Shown here piece after piece: positions 23,633-36,667 of a stretch of DNA of 64,000 nt. The DNA is from Coniocarpon cinnabarinum (Eukaryota), in NCBI GenBank assembly GCA_051942205.1, contig JAVECO010000032.1, positions 1 through 64,000 of the forward strand, in the 5' to 3' direction. The notes under the pieces were generated by a model. That model saw only the letters and a list, made by a program, of their open reading frames with translations. It searched no databases and had not been told where the DNA came from. How positions within the stretch are numbered: the first letter of the stretch is position 1; every line of letters starts with the position of its first letter. A program made the position numbers and the translations under genes.

Positions 23633-24035
23633 CTTGACGGACTATTGGCGCTCTGAAATGTCAGCAAGGTTGTCTTATAGTTGCGCAGAGCTGCAAATTG
23701 AAAGAACTCACCTGCAGAAGCGATTGCTATCTCTAAGAATCGGGTGCTGAAACAACAGGAATCCTTGAATTGAATTTGCGAATGTGGGAGATACGGAATA
23801 TTGTTCAGCCGAAAGGTCCAACTTTGAGCTCCGCGGCACTTGGCAGTCGCGCTTAGGCAACGTCCTTCGCAAACAAAAAGCTACCCCGTGTTGACTGAAT
23901 GATACACCCTACTCCTCCGGCACTTTACTCCAGCTTCGTGAGCTTGGAAAAACAGAGCGTCAGGCCGCCTGGTCAAGGGGGCATGGATGGACCCTTGGTC
24001 ACCCCTGTTTGGAGCTGAACTTAGCGGACGTGCAA

Positions 24036-26033
24036 ATGTCCATGACCACGACCATCTCGGCCTCTACGGCCGCGCCAAAGAGCACACAATCTGCTTCACC
24101 AGCCGTAGTGAGACCGTACCGCGATTTCCTCACACCATGTCTTCACCGCCAATTCACCAATGCGGCCCTCGTCGTCTTCGTCGTCTGCTATGTTGCGGCC
24201 ATCCTGATGTCCCCCATCTCGCTCTTCTGGTGTTGGTTTCCAGTGGGACCGGCGGGTTTACGAGCTTGCTTGCTTTTTGTGGCGGTGCTCTGTGTCTTCG
24301 TCTCACGCATTGCAAATTTGCGAGTATCTCCAAGACGAGGTTCTTCGACAGCCTCTGAGCTACTGGGTTGCGTGTTTTCAAAAAACACATACAAAACATT
24401 GGCATGGTATCTGCTCAGCGCATTTATCTTCTCGGAGACCTATATTTTCAGCACCGCAGCAGATCGTGACCTCTTGATACTTGACAATTCAAGACCTTAC
24501 GAGCGCACCCATCTGAACGAGCGACCTATCATGTTGCGTACACTCTTTCTGTTGCTCTCGTTCTGGCAAACTGCATATCACGTTTACCGAGATATAGATC
24601 AAGTCAAGGTTTCTCGTATCAAGGAAGCAGCGCCTGATAGGCAGCCCTCGCAAAATCCAATGTTCGAAATCCACACGCAGGCAAATCAGATCTTCCAGCA
24701 CGCGACTCGTAGCGTTGTGTTGACGCCTGTCCCCTTTTTCCTTGTGTACACGCTCTTCTTACGGCGCACTGTGTGGAGCTGGACATTCTCTTTTGCCAGA
24801 TCTATATTTAGCAATTTGCCGAAACACCAAAAACCTTCCACATTTCCTCCCTTTCTAGGAGACCTTATACTTATCTACGTCGCCTGGGCTTGGGTTTTGG
24901 TACTCGTTTGGACCTTCGCGAATGTCGCATTCGACGCGTATCTGGCTCAGCCCCCCCTGGACAAAAGAAAGTTGCCGCTGTCTTCTGGATCAAAAGACCC
25001 GAATGGTTCCTTGCTGACTGGCCTGAAATCGCAAAGAGAATTTGTGAGCAATGCCGCCTTTGCAGAGCTTACAGTCATCGCTCACGACGACTTGACCCGC
25101 CGTCAGACCATATTCAGAGAATTGGACCGTAACGGCAGCTCGACCTGGAGTCAGCTAGTGACTGTGTGTATCGGTCATCTATATCTGCCGACCGAACGCA
25201 TCAACAACTTCATTTATTCAACACCCAAGATTGCAAGTGCAACAGCGCTTGAAGAGAACAAAGATGTTGTCAATCACTTGCCACGCATGGTTCCGCCGCC
25301 AAGGAATGACAATGTCTATGCTGTTCGCCCAAATACGAAGCACTCGGGTCTGGATGTTATTAGCTCATTTGCAAAGTCGACCGGCAGCTACTCCGAGTCA
25401 CATCCCAAAGACAGCTCCAAAAGGCATTCCTTGGGCTTTTTGGTCGATTGCATTCTTCCATCAGAGCAGAGAAAGCTCTTGAGCCAATCTAGAGCGGCGG
25501 ATAGTCTCCGACGGTACTTTCTTGATTTCGTCCAGCTCCCGTACGTAGGCCCACCATTCAGACAGACGTTCGCGCGACGAGCAGAGGCAATCGTTCTTGG
25601 GTCGACTGAACAAAGCGGCAGCAATTTGCTTTCCTTAACAAATTGTGCTCGTGGGCTGGCCAAGCTTGCTGTATGCGCGAGCACTGAAGATTCCTGGGGC
25701 AAGGCTAGCAAGGATGTTGCCAAAATCATCCGAACATTTTCAGCCACGATTTCGCGCGTTGAAGAGTTCATGGCTGGGCTCGAGCCTCATTGGACAGATG
25801 TAGAATTCCATGAGAAAGCCGTCCCTGACGTGGAGAAGCTCATCCAAGTCTTGAAGCGCAATCTGAACCTCATGCTTGACACATATGACGGATACGAGGA
25901 GCTAGGTTTGACATTCAAAGAAAAACGTGTTGCGCGTGAAATGGCTGCATTGGGCAGGCATGAAGCTGGAACTTTGTCTCATGCTGCAAGAGACGATAGT
26001 GGCATCGAGATGAGGGAAAGAAAACAAGTTTGA
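24036..26033 (+). CDS. NDC1: Nucleoporin Ndc1-family transmembrane protein
   Basis: RPYRDFLTPCLHRQF, several N-terminal TM segments, LNERP, KDPNGSLLTGL, RRQTIF, EDSWG. Confidence 0.85.
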   Translation: MSMTTTISASTAAPKSTQSASPAVVRPYRDFLTPCLHRQFTNAALVVFVVCYVAAILMSPISLFWCWFPVGPAGLRACLLFVAVLCVFVSRIANLRVSPRRGSSTASELLGCVFSKNTYKTLAWYLLSAFIFSETYIFSTAADRDLLILDNSRPYERTHLNERPIMLRTLFLLLSFWQTAYHVYRDIDQVKVSRIKEAAPDRQPSQNPMFEIHTQANQIFQHATRSVVLTPVPFFLVYTLFLRRTVWSWTFSFARSIFSNLPKHQKPSTFPPFLGDLILIYVAWAWVLVLVWTFANVAFDAYLAQPPLDKRKLPLSSGSKDPNGSLLTGLKSQREFVSNAAFAELTVIAHDDLTRRQTIFRELDRNGSSTWSQLVTVCIGHLYLPTERINNFIYSTPKIASATALEENKDVVNHLPRMVPPPRNDNVYAVRPNTKHSGLDVISSFAKSTGSYSESHPKDSSKRHSLGFLVDCILPSEQRKLLSQSRAADSLRRYFLDFVQLPYVGPPFRQTFARRAEAIVLGSTEQSGSNLLSLTNCARGLAKLAVCASTEDSWGKASKDVAKIIRTFSATISRVEEFMAGLEPHWTDVEFHEKAVPDVEKLIQVLKRNLNLMLDTYDGYEELGLTFKEKRVAREMAALGRHEAGTLSHAARDDSGIEMRERKQV

Positions 26034-26186
26034 CCACTCATCTAATTAGCATATTGAAGCCTGAAACGACTCATCTGCATCGTCAGCTACTCAGGCTTTT
26101 AAAATTAGAGCATGGTTGCATCAAATCTTGGACAATCGTCAGCATGGAAGAAATGCTGCTTGACCATTATAGACTCGTGCAAAGTC

Positions 26187-27053
26187 TTAGCCATATACAC
26201 CGGCCAAAACCACCACCACCAGCACTACAGCCAATATGAGGAGAAGACAACAGGCCTTGCTCCTCGCTCGCTTCTGGTACGTGCTCGCACTCCTCAGCTC
26301 TCGATCTGCGCCTCGTGTGTCCTCCGCAACCCCTTGCACGTTCTGCTCAATCGAATCCACCATGGTGCCTTGGTCATGGACCATCGTCGCGACGTCCCTG
26401 AACAGCTCGTTGAGTTCCCCAACGCTCTGTTCGATTTGCCTGATCTCCGTCTCGCGCTCAATGATCAAACTCTCTTGAAAATCAACGTCGCTCTGACTGG
26501 CCAGCCGTGGTGCCTCGACCAATTGCTGATTTGCTTGTTGCTGCTGTCCACCTACTTCGTTGCCGCCGCGAATAGTGTGTCGTGAGTCTGCGCCTGTCGC
26601 CGCGCTACCGCCTTCTTGCTCGAGTGCGGCCTTGCTTTCTCGCTGTTTCTCTAGCGTTCGTCGACTTAGAAGCTGAAATTCGCCGAGGCTGGCTCGAAAG
26701 TCGGCGGACAGCTTTCCCTGGGTGTACTTTTGATGTGGATTCAGATTAGGCCATTGTCCAGCTTTTTTGAGTCTTTCTCCAACGTCTTTGAAGCCATCTC
26801 TGGTTTCCTCGATCAAATCTTGCACCCTCTCGCGAACGCGCTCGGTCTCCCTTTTCGTTCCCAGAAGAGACACCTGGCGTGACAACGATGTTATATTGGT
26901 GGTTAAAGTGGATAGCTTGCGCGCGATGGAGGCAATAAGACTGTCATATTCGGGATCATCGCGGTAGGTGCCGTCATCGTCACGGCGCAGCGGCGCGTTG
27001 GAGCGAGCTGGCGCGTCGCCCAATTCCAAGCGAGGCGAGTCCGCAAAGGACAT
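26187..27053 (-). CDS. PEP12: Endosomal/vacuolar syntaxin (Pep12/Vam3-like t-SNARE)
   Basis: Habc region, SNARE motif LIIERETEIRQIEQSVGELNELFRDVATMVHDQG and a C-terminal TM helix. Confidence 0.85.
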   Translation of the reverse strand: MSFADSPRLELGDAPARSNAPLRRDDDGTYRDDPEYDSLIASIARKLSTLTTNITSLSRQVSLLGTKRETERVRERVQDLIEETRDGFKDVGERLKKAGQWPNLNPHQKYTQGKLSADFRASLGEFQLLSRRTLEKQRESKAALEQEGGSAATGADSRHTIRGGNEVGGQQQQANQQLVEAPRLASQSDVDFQESLIIERETEIRQIEQSVGELNELFRDVATMVHDQGTMVDSIEQNVQGVAEDTRGADRELRSASTYQKRARSKACCLLLILAVVLVVVVLAGVYG

Positions 27054-27278
27054 CTCTTTAGCCCTCGTAGATAGAGACCTCAATTTTGAAAATGTCGGCG
27101 GATTTGCAAGTCTTTTGGCGGCCGAGTTCAGGCTGCCGTCGTACTATGTATTGGTAAGGGCAGGGGCGAAGAGGCAGGCCCGGCAACCCGAAGAACGGGG
27201 CGGCTTCTGTACCCTGGACTTCAGAGCATGAGCTCATCTGGTCCTCTGAGCTGTTGCATGCCATGATTGTTGCGCAAG

Positions 27279-28148
27279 ATGGCGGAGACAGGATCGTCTG
27301 CCTGTCCTGTAGATGCGGCAGCTCGTGATGAATGGCTGCGCACAGCCGCTTCGCAGTCCGACTCAACGTCGCCAGCTTCACCAAACTTTCTTCCATCAGT
27401 ACCTTCAGCAAGATCTTCGTCTGACGAGCCACATGCAGTTTCCACACCTTACGGTACTACTTTGGCCCGGCCCAGATTCTCGAAGACTCGGACGCTGCAA
27501 TTAAGCCATGAAAGGCAGACATCCTCGATACCGCGCTTCTTACTTCAGGGAGAGTCCGACAGTCTCGCTCAGACTGACGGGAGACATGTCAGCCCCAACT
27601 CACAGTCTGACAAACCAACAGTGAGCGATCAGGGCAATTGGGTGTATCCGTCAGAGTCTCAATTTTACGATGCTTTGGTTCGCAAACACGGCGTTGCCAA
27701 AGCGCCATCTCAAGAAACAATGCACAACATCGTCCCGATACACAATGCGGTTAATGAGCGAACATGGGAAGAGATACTACACTGGGAACGTCGCGTAGCA
27801 GCATCAGTCACGCCTCGCTCTGAAGGGCTTGGAGATAGATCCGACTGTGTCGAAGACACATTTTCAAATCCGCAACTTGTTAGTTTCAGGGGAGATAGTC
27901 AGAAGCTGACTCCACGTGCGAGGTTCAAAAGTCTGTTGGGATATCAGGCGCCATTCGACCGACACGACTGGATTGTGCGAAGGCGCACGGGAGAAGAGAT
28001 AGAGTACGTCATCGATTTTTACTCGGGCAAGAATTCTCGACATTCAGGGCAAGCAATGCCATTGAGTTTCTATCTCGACGTTAGACCTAAATTGAATAGC
28101 TTGGAGGGCTGCCGCATGAGGGTGATGAGTTTCTGGGGATTGGCTTGA
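27279..28148 (+). CDS. CYT2: Holocytochrome c/c1 synthase (heme lyase), probably the c1 type
   Basis: CPV heme-regulatory motif, NWVYPSESQF, IHNAVNERTW, PFDRHDW, YVIDFY and LDVRP. Confidence 0.85.
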   Translation: MAETGSSACPVDAAARDEWLRTAASQSDSTSPASPNFLPSVPSARSSSDEPHAVSTPYGTTLARPRFSKTRTLQLSHERQTSSIPRFLLQGESDSLAQTDGRHVSPNSQSDKPTVSDQGNWVYPSESQFYDALVRKHGVAKAPSQETMHNIVPIHNAVNERTWEEILHWERRVAASVTPRSEGLGDRSDCVEDTFSNPQLVSFRGDSQKLTPRARFKSLLGYQAPFDRHDWIVRRRTGEEIEYVIDFYSGKNSRHSGQAMPLSFYLDVRPKLNSLEGCRMRVMSFWGLA

Positions 28149-28224
28149 GGAAAATATGGGCCGGTAAGAGGAACGTCACTGAAGTTTTCTGTGCCCGCGC
28201 GATCGCGACATCCGCTTTTTATCG

Positions 28225-31200
28225 TTAGATGACATTTGGGCCGGAAAAATGCACTACGACTGGTGCATTCGACCTGCTCGAATCCTCCCGGGTATCTGCA
28301 AGAACGCCATCTGCACCCAATGAACGGCTCACTGCGTCGTCACCCGCTCGGAGATCCGTATCTTGGAGTGAAGTAGGGCATTCCCAAATGTCTTGGACGC
28401 TCTGCTCGCAACAACCTATCAGGTCAGAGAAGCCGGCTTGGAGCGCCCTTGCTCTCTCCCACATCGCTCGACGACAGAGGGTCTCCAGAGTTTGACGAAC
28501 ATCCTGGTGTGTTTCATTAACTCGTCCAATGAGGCGCGATACGCTGTTGACCAAATATTCCTCCTCATAGACGCTACCCTTCTTTCCCCTGGCTCGCTTG
28601 CGCTCTTCGCGCCTTCGATTTTTACTTGTGCGCCGACTTGTACCAGTCCCAGCCGTTCCGGTGTTGTGGCCCGTATAGCGCGTCAGTAGTGTGCCACCAG
28701 CTGTGCTTGTCTCGCTGGGCGCAAGTGATATACTGTCGAATTCGTCGCCGGTGTCAACTTCTGCTGACCCTTCAAGGAAAGACAGCGGATCTCGCTCTTT
28801 CTTTTTGCGCAGTTCTTGGATGCGAGGCGCTTGGGCTGAGAGCTGCTGGCGACAGTCACTGATCAACTCTGTCAGAGTCGAAAAAGCCTCTGCAACCTCA
28901 CTGTCTATGATATCGCCAATGGAATCCGAGTTGTCGCGAAGGGCAAGTAGTCCTATGGCATCGCTGAAGTGATAGCCTTTACAAAAAGTACGTGCAGCTT
29001 CTGGTATTTTCCGGAGATAGTCACTAAGTATCAAGGCGGCAGCATAATACGCCTTGGATTCGATGAGGCCATCAGCCAAGGACTGTGCAAGGTTGTCGAT
29101 GCTGTTTGGAGGCAGATGAGCCAGAGAGGCTGAAGAAAGCGCCTCGCGCCACATTTGAGCTGAGGAATAGCAGTTTGTTGCTTCCTGATAGAGGGCGAGG
29201 GACTCAAAGACTATCCCTGCTTTAGCAAATTGACTTTGGCCGTGAAGGAAGTCAGCGTAAGACTTGAGAATTTGCCGGTGACTGCTTTGGTTATGTCGGG
29301 TCATTTCGAGCGCCTGCAGATACAATCCGTGTCTCTCGGTATATATAAGAAACCTGTCCAAATCTGACGGACTTTGTAGATGACCGAGGGCTTTTGCGTG
29401 CCGCTTCAAATGGTCGTCAATTTGAAATTTGCGCTCTGAGTCTTCAAGCTTTTGGAGATTTTGGAGAAACGGTAAATACTCCCGTGGATCTCTTTGAGAC
29501 TGTTGAGCAACGGCTAGGGCCAGATCCAAATTATATATGCCTAAAGCTGCGTCGAAGATCTTGTTCACATCTGTCAGGAAACAAATGTGCTCCACAGCTG
29601 ACTCTACCTGCTCTGTCGACAAGTCTCCAAGCTTTGCGATGATGTCTAAGCCAGTCTCCACGGCCGGCGGTCTTTTGCAGAGATTGGCAGTGATGGTACT
29701 CTGAAGGTAACGGGTGCTATTCCCAAGAAATACCTCGAGGAATGCGTTGCAAATCCGGTTGACCTTCGAATCGGTAGACTTGGCGGCAACATTTGGTGCA
29801 GGCTGGTTGGAATCATTCAGCACTCCCCCTTTCCCACCGACTTTAGGCGAAGAGCTGCGGACGGATGAATAATTGGGGTATAGCGTGACGCAAACATCTT
29901 CTTCGCTGGGTTTTGCCGTGAGTCACTTTCTCACATAATTCCAGGTTTGATTTCGCAAGCATACCTGAGTTGAGACAGAAGGAGATCTATGTATTCATTC
30001 TTGACAAGCTGATCGACTATGAGATTGACGTCTTCTAGGAATTGTTGAGGCCTATGGTCGTGCAAGATATTGAAATCTACGCGATGGTTTCGACATGCTA
30101 GAAAGGCCTCCTTGTATTGTTCGGCATCGATGTTTGCACGAATTCCAGCCAAGACCAAGGCGCGCGGATAGATTGTTTCCAAGTTTCCGCGTGGCACCTG
30201 AAGTGTGACTGCGTATACTGATGGCATGACTGCAACAAGCTTGGCACCCCTCTCAACGCTTCGACAGCGTTCATCAGTTGGAGAGTCGTCGGATGGCACA
30301 TAGAAATCTTGAAAACATCAGTACAGAGCATTGTAATCGAGAAATGCGGACAAGCGAACCTGTTGGGAGCCCGTCTAGCTCAATGAACTTTAGACGATGG
30401 GTTGTTGTCGTGATAAGTAGATAAAGAGAAGTGACGAGAAACGAGGTGCAATTGCGCAAGAGGGTGACGTTGTTGGCGAACAGACTTCCATCTTCTGTCA
30501 GCCCTAAAAAGGTCGTCTGGATAAGATGATCAGTTCAGGAATTTTGCGCTGGGCTCTCATCAGCTTGCCTTGCCACCTGACTGGGTGCACATTACATCCC
30601 GTACTCGGGAGGGAAATTTGCAGATATGTTCGAAGTCGCGGGATCTTGACTCATTGCTGGTGCGAAGCAGCCTCCCACAATCGTAGTCGCTGGTGATGTA
30701 GACATCGTCGTCACGGCAAGAAGATGTGAAGAGAAAGATACTTTTGACCTCGCGCTGGAGCACCCAGACTGGTTGGTCGGAGCTTGTGTCATAAACGCGG
30801 TACTCGTTTCTGAGAAGATCATCTAAAAGAACGAGTACCCTTTGTTGGTCGGTTAAGCATACTTGCAATGCATGAACATCTTGACTGGTAGGAATCAACA
30901 CGCTCTTTTTCAAACAAGGCTCCTCGACCCAATCCCCCTCCCAAGAAAACAGTGACACCTGGTTCCAATGTAGCACTGCTATCAACTGGTGATTTTGACT
31001 GATGACGGCATCAACCACATTAGCAAGCATTTGAAGCTCGTGTAAGGCCATAGGGGGTGGAACGTTGGTGATGCGTAATGGCGTAATGGAAAGGGTACCT
31101 GCTCGACTTTTAGTTTGATCCAACCAAAGGCAGCAAAGATACATACAACCATCGATGGCCATCACAACGCCATGATCATGGGGAGTAATGATCGGGGTAT

Positions 31201-32410
31201 TCGAAAGGCTCTGAGTAAGCTTGATAGAAGAGAGCGCGAACCGCCTCCCCATTTCATTATCTGCCATGTCATTAGTGCGTTCAGTATGAGTTGATTCAAT
31301 GAACTGGATCCGTAATGGATCTTCTGGATGCCATTCGAAGGGAACGGGAGATGTGGCTTCGCTAGCTGAATGTACAAATATCTCTTGCTTGAGGTAGTAG
31401 TGGTAGTTAGCGACTGTCCAAAGCTGGAGACGGTCCAGAAACGCAATGGCAAGGACTGTGGAGTCGATGTTCCAACTTAACGAAACATGAGCTGCCCAAG
31501 AGTTCAAGTCGTCTTTACTGAGTCTAAGGGGCAGTTCCCCATGTCGGAGTCCGTTACGTTCAAAGAAAATGACCTGCGCCGAGTCGCCGCAATATTGCAA
31601 TGCAGTGATGAGCTGGCCGGATGGCTTCCATGCCAGCCCTCCTTCAAGTCCATCTACAGCCTCGGTTACGCTATGCAAAGCGCCATCTCGGGATAGGACG
31701 CGTATCAAGCGCCGATTCTGGGGCTGCGCGTTGCTGATCGCAACGAACGCACTGTCGCCTCTCCAACTAATTGAAGTACCACCATCATCGCGAGGGCTCA
31801 GGATGCCGTCATCGACATACTCAGGTATCGTTGGATCCTGCAAAGCTTTGGCTCGTTTTCCTTGAAACTGCGTTTCGCGTCGTCCCCAGCCGACAGAAAC
31901 CTGTTTTGATAGCTGTGCGTCTTCAACACGGAACGAAGTGGTTGCAACATTGTGAAAGTCTGCGGTCATGTACAAAAGCGTGTCTGCGCAGGTTGCGATA
32001 GCCAAGAGCTCTTCATCTGGTGACCATGCTGCCGCCGAAATACCAGCATCAACTGTACCTACGATCTCGATTTTTTCTTGACCTGGCAAAGGCGCAGCGC
32101 GAACGACCACAATGTCTCCACCCGCCAAAACTAGGCATGAGGTGTCGCTGGCAACGAGGTGACGCAAATTGAGAACTTCATCGCAATCGACATCTGGACG
32201 AGGGCACGGACAATCCCACGAGGCGAGCAATCTCGGCCCGTCAACGTTTTGAACTGCTTGCGCATTCCGCAACTCAATGATTGGGTGGCTTCGCGTCGGC
32301 CCTAAGGTGAAGACAATCGCATCATCGACAGTATTCCACGCGGAAGATGTGCAAGGCAAGCTTGATTCAAACTCATGACGGTTGCGACCCACGCATTTCA
32401 AATTGCGCAT
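28225..32410 (-). CDS. ELP1: Elongator complex subunit 1; introns 31099-31146, 30517-30568 (GC-AG), 30308-30359 and 29906-29964
   Basis: WSPDEE, VSVGWGRRETQFQG, ISWRGD, FFERNGLRHGE, NYHYYLKQ, RSVERG, PRGNLETIYPR, SQRDPREYLPFL, and the basic RRREERKRARGKKG segment. Confidence 0.95.
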
Positions 32411-32786
32411 AGTTGGGTTTGAGAAATTTCTATCTGAGGAACAGATTCAAATATGCATGACGGTCACATGATCAATTATATCAATACCTACTCAACAATT
32501 TCGCGCACGAAGCGCTCCTATTGAGAGACGCTTTTCGAGGGGATTCCGATGCTATATACCTGTCACATGACTGAAGACCTGGGTAGACTAATTCTCTTCA
32601 TAGCTTGGAGCAAAGTGATTGGTATAACTACATTCTAATCTTTTCCGCTCCATTCACTGCTCGGGCAGGACGATTCTTGCTCATTTGACCTGAGACATTG
32701 TGTATATCAAGCGGACTGGCTGGTTTTCAGCGGTCGCTGAAGCAATGATCGCAAAAGCGCAGAGAAGAGAAATGGGCCGCTCGAAA

Positions 32787-33120
32787 TTATTGGTTCTTGT
32801 GTAGCTGCCAGTCTGGAGGCCTGATTAGCGCACGTCTTGTGGTCTGCAGTCTACGATGAATGGCTCACATGCAATGCCAAAGGGTAGAAAGAATCCTGTG
32901 CCTGAGAGGAAGGTCAGTGTGCATTCTAGCCACGAGTCCGCGGGTTCAGCGCACCACAGAAGAGCGAATATCGAAGCCAGAAGAAACGGGTCAAAGGGTT
33001 GAAGGGAATGTTCGTTCGTGGACCCTCGGGATAGTGATATGGGCTGGAAAGTTGAGTTCTCGTTGTGTGCAAGCCTCTGCGAGAGAGTGCTGTCGCGGCA
33101 TTCAAGGAGCGCATAGCCAT
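32787..33120 (-). CDS. COX8: Cytochrome c oxidase subunit VIIc (yeast Cox8); introns 32902-32954 and 32813-32868
   Basis: Presequence followed by PYHYPEGPRTNIPF...FC|GTGFFLPFGIA|YWQLHKNQ*. Confidence 0.85.
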
Positions 33121-33430
33121 TCTTGTCGTCATCGTATCTTTCTGCTTGTTTGCATAAGCCAGAGAACATATAATAGTCGACGAGAAAACGTACATTCAGG
33201 AAACAACGTCAAGCGGTATGTGTAGAGCGCCTAAACACACGTTTCTCTTGGAAAAGCGAAGAGAACCGAATTAAAAGCTGTCTGAATAGAGACATATATT
33301 TCCTATATAGGTAATATATGATCTTATGAAGATCTTCTTGTCGAAATTACGCTTGCGAGCCTCTCCCGCATTTCTCTGACGCATTGGATGCTCTCCTTCA
33401 CCTCTCACATTTGCATGGGTCCAGAGAACG

Positions 33431-36400
33431 ATGAACAACCTTTTTGATGTCTTCGAGGAGCAGCCTAATGGCAGCACTGACGGCAACAGTACCCCTTCTC
33501 AGGCACGAAAGCGCCTTGCAAATGGTGCTGTCAAGGCTCAAGAAGAACCACAACAAAGTAACAGTCCCAAGGATGCAGACAAGAGCTCTCCACCAGTGGG
33601 ATTCAAACGACTGAAGCGCGACAACAGTAATGAAGTCATTGAAGATGGGAAAGACACTCCGGCGCAGAATGAAGACGAGCAGGCTCTGCGCAAGATCGAG
33701 CCCGAGGCCAGAGTTGCGGATGCCTTTGAGACGGAGCAGTCAAGAGAAGTCGCAGGCGCAGCAGGCTTGCAAGCGCAGAACGAGAGCGGCAATGTCGTTT
33801 TATCCCATCAAGTGCGACATCAAGTGTCTTTACCTCTTGACTATGATTACAAACCCATCAATAATTACCGACATCCTGGGGAACCGGCTCGAACATGGCC
33901 TTTCGAGCTTGATCCTTTTCAAAAGGTTTCCATTGCATCTGTGCAGCGCAACGAGAGTGTTTTGGTATCTGCCCACACCAGTGCCGGCAAGACTGTCGTC
34001 GCAGAGTATGCCATTGCCCAGTGCTTGAAGAACAATCAAAGAGTCATATATACGAGCCCTATTAAAGCCCTCAGCAACCAAAAATACCGTGAATTCAACG
34101 AGACGTTTGGGGATGTTGGTCTCATGACCGGTGATGTTACCATCAATCCGACGGCTACCTGCTTGGTAATGACCACCGAGATCTTGCGCTCTATGCTCTA
34201 CCGTGGGTCTGAGATCATGCGTGAAGTCGGCTGGGTTGTTTTTGACGAAGTGCACTACCTCCGCGACAAATCCAGAGGTGTGGTGTGGGAGGAGACCATC
34301 ATTCTGCTTCCCGACAAGGTTCGGTATGTGTTTCTGTCTGCGACCATTCCAAACGCCATGCAGTTTGCGGAATGGGTTACCAAAACCCATAATCAGCCGT
34401 GCCACGTCGTGTACACAGACTTTCGCCCTACTCCACTGCAGCACTACTTGTTTCCCGCTGGAGGTGATGGAATTCACCTGGTGGTCGATGAAAAAGGTGC
34501 TTTCCGTGAAGACAACTTTGGCAAAGCAATGCACGCTATTGCTGATCGCCAAGGCGACAATCCAGCAGACCCCATGGCACGACGACGTGGCAAAGGCAAA
34601 GATCGCAAGTTCAACAAAGGTGGGAATAAGGGGCCCTCCGACATTTACAAAATTGTGAAAATGATCATGCAGCGCAACTTCAATCCTGTCATCGTGTTCA
34701 GTTTCAGTAAGCGCGAATGCGAGGCCTACGCGCTGCAGATGAGTCAACTGTCATTCAACAACACTGATGAAAAGGACATGGTTTCCAAGGTGTTTAACGG
34801 CGCACTTGATTCCCTGACGACTGAGGATAGAGAATTGCCTCAAATACAGAACATTCTGCCTTTGCTCCGGCGGGGCATTGGTATACACCATTCAGGATTG
34901 CTTCCGCTGCTCAAGGAGGTCATTGAAATCCTCTTCCAGGAGGGCTTACTCAAGGTGCTCTTTGCGACAGAAACATTTTCTATTGGTCTCAATATGCCTG
35001 CCAAGACCGTCGTCTTCACAAGCGTGCGAAAATTCGACGGGCACTCACAGCGTTGGGTGACACCATCTGAATTCATCCAAATGTCCGGCAGAGCAGGTCG
35101 GCGCGGTCTTGATGAACGAGGTATCGTGATCATGATGATCGACGAGAAGATGGAGCCCGCCGTCGCTAAAGAAATCGTGCGAGGGGAACAAGACAAACTG
35201 AACTCGGCTTTCCATCTTGGCTACAACATGATTTTGAATTTGCTTCGTGTCGAAGGTGTCTCTCCTGAGTTTATGCTGGAGAAATGCTTCTACCAGTTTC
35301 AGAATACCGCTTCCGTTTCTGGGTTAGAAAAGCAACTACATGAAGCAGAAACAGAGAAAGCCAACATTCAAATCCAGGACGAATCTTCCGTGAGGGACTA
35401 CTTCGAGTTACGCAAGCAGTTGGACAACAACGCTAGCGACGTTCACGACGTCGTGACACATCCTAACTATTGCTTGCAGTTTATGCAGCCTGGACGCATG
35501 ATACACGTGAAGTGGCAGGATCTAGACTTCGGCTGGGGGGCAGTAGTGCAGCATCGAAAAGTCGATGCCAAAAAGCTTGCTCCGGATTCGAAGCCGCAAG
35601 ACATGTACAATGTGGATGCTGCCGTAATCATTTCAGCGGACACGAGCTCCGACCCCTCCTCTTATGACCTCCCACCCAGTGTTCGACCCGCGAAAGAGGG
35701 CGAGCCTGCTAAACTAGAAATTATACCTGTGGCGCTTACCGCAATTGATCAGATTGGACACATTCGTCTCTTCCTGCCGGACAATTTAAACGCGCCAGGC
35801 TCCATGGAGTCTTTGCACAAATCAGTGCTCACTGTACTGGCAAAATTCACGAATGGACTGGCAGTGCTGGATCCAATAGATCACATGGGTATTCGAGACG
35901 AAAAGTTCAAAAAGTTGTTGAAAAAGATTGAGGTGCTTCAAAACCGTCTCAAGTCGACTCCTCTAACCAACTCGCCACGCTTGACAGAGCTCTTTGATCA
36001 GTACTCTAAGAAAATGGAATATCATCAGAAGGCCAGAAATCTGAAGAAGCAGATCAACACTGCACTTGCGGTGATGCAATTGGAAGAGCTGAAATGCAGA
36101 AAGCGGGTGCTTCGAAGACTGGGTTTCATTAATGAGCATGATGTCGTGCAACTGAAAGCCCGCGTGGCTTGTGAAATAAGCACTGGGGATGAACTCGTCT
36201 TGAGCGAACTTCTGTTCAATCGCTTCTTCAACGAGATGTCACCCGAGCAGTGTGCTGCCTGTCTGAGCTGCTTCATATTTGAGGAAAAGGCTGACGAGCC
36301 TGATCGTTTGCGTGATGACTTACAGAGGCCATTCAAAGAGATTCAAAAGCAGGCTCGAATCGTCGCGAAAGTTTCACAAGAAAGCAAAATGGTTCTCAAC

Positions 36401-36667
36401 GAGGATGAGTACGTGCAGGGCTTCAAACCGCAACTGATGGAAGTGGTATTTTCTTGGACAAAGGGGGCGTCATTCGCATCAATCTGCAAGATGACTGAAG
36501 TTTACGAAGGAAACTTGATTCGGTTATTCCGTCGGCTGGAAGAGCTACTGCGACAAATTGCGCAGGCTGCGAAAGTTATGGGCAGCGAGGAGCTGGAGAA
36601 AAAGTTTGAAGAAGCTCTGCTGAAACTCCGGCGGGATATAGTGTCAGCACAGTCACTTTATCTATGA
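33431..36667 (+). CDS. MTR4: Ski2-like RNA helicase Mtr4/Dob1 (intronless)
   Basis: [25 protein letters not shown], arch/KOW region and terminal SLYL. Confidence 0.96.
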   Translation: MNNLFDVFEEQPNGSTDGNSTPSQARKRLANGAVKAQEEPQQSNSPKDADKSSPPVGFKRLKRDNSNEVIEDGKDTPAQNEDEQALRKIEPEARVADAFETEQSREVAGAAGLQAQNESGNVVLSHQVRHQVSLPLDYDYKPINNYRHPGEPARTWPFELDPFQKVSIASVQRNESVLVSAHTSAGKTVVAEYAIAQCLKNNQRVIYTSPIKALSNQKYREFNETFGDVGLMTGDVTINPTATCLVMTTEILRSMLYRGSEIMREVGWVVFDEVHYLRDKSRGVVWEETIILLPDKVRYVFLSATIPNAMQFAEWVTKTHNQPCHVVYTDFRPTPLQHYLFPAGGDGIHLVVDEKGAFREDNFGKAMHAIADRQGDNPADPMARRRGKGKDRKFNKGGNKGPSDIYKIVKMIMQRNFNPVIVFSFSKRECEAYALQMSQLSFNNTDEKDMVSKVFNGALDSLTTEDRELPQIQNILPLLRRGIGIHHSGLLPLLKEVIEILFQEGLLKVLFATETFSIGLNMPAKTVVFTSVRKFDGHSQRWVTPSEFIQMSGRAGRRGLDERGIVIMMIDEKMEPAVAKEIVRGEQDKLNSAFHLGYNMILNLLRVEGVSPEFMLEKCFYQFQNTASVSGLEKQLHEAETEKANIQIQDESSVRDYFELRKQLDNNASDVHDVVTHPNYCLQFMQPGRMIHVKWQDLDFGWGAVVQHRKVDAKKLAPDSKPQDMYNVDAAVIISADTSSDPSSYDLPPSVRPAKEGEPAKLEIIPVALTAIDQIGHIRLFLPDNLNAPGSMESLHKSVLTVLAKFTNGLAVLDPIDHMGIRDEKFKKLLKKIEVLQNRLKSTPLTNSPRLTELFDQYSKKMEYHQKARNLKKQINTALAVMQLEELKCRKRVLRRLGFINEHDVVQLKARVACEISTGDELVLSELLFNRFFNEMSPEQCAACLSCFIFEEKADEPDRLRDDLQRPFKEIQKQARIVAKVSQESKMVLNEDEYVQGFKPQLMEVVFSWTKGASFASICKMTEVYEGNLIRLFRRLEELLRQIAQAAKVMGSEELEKKFEEALLKLRRDIVSAQSLYL

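Noticed and set aside
33830..34747. 305-aa antisense ORF inside MTR4, and similar shadow ORFs elsewhere
   Set aside because: These are explained by codon bias of the real gene on the opposite strand.
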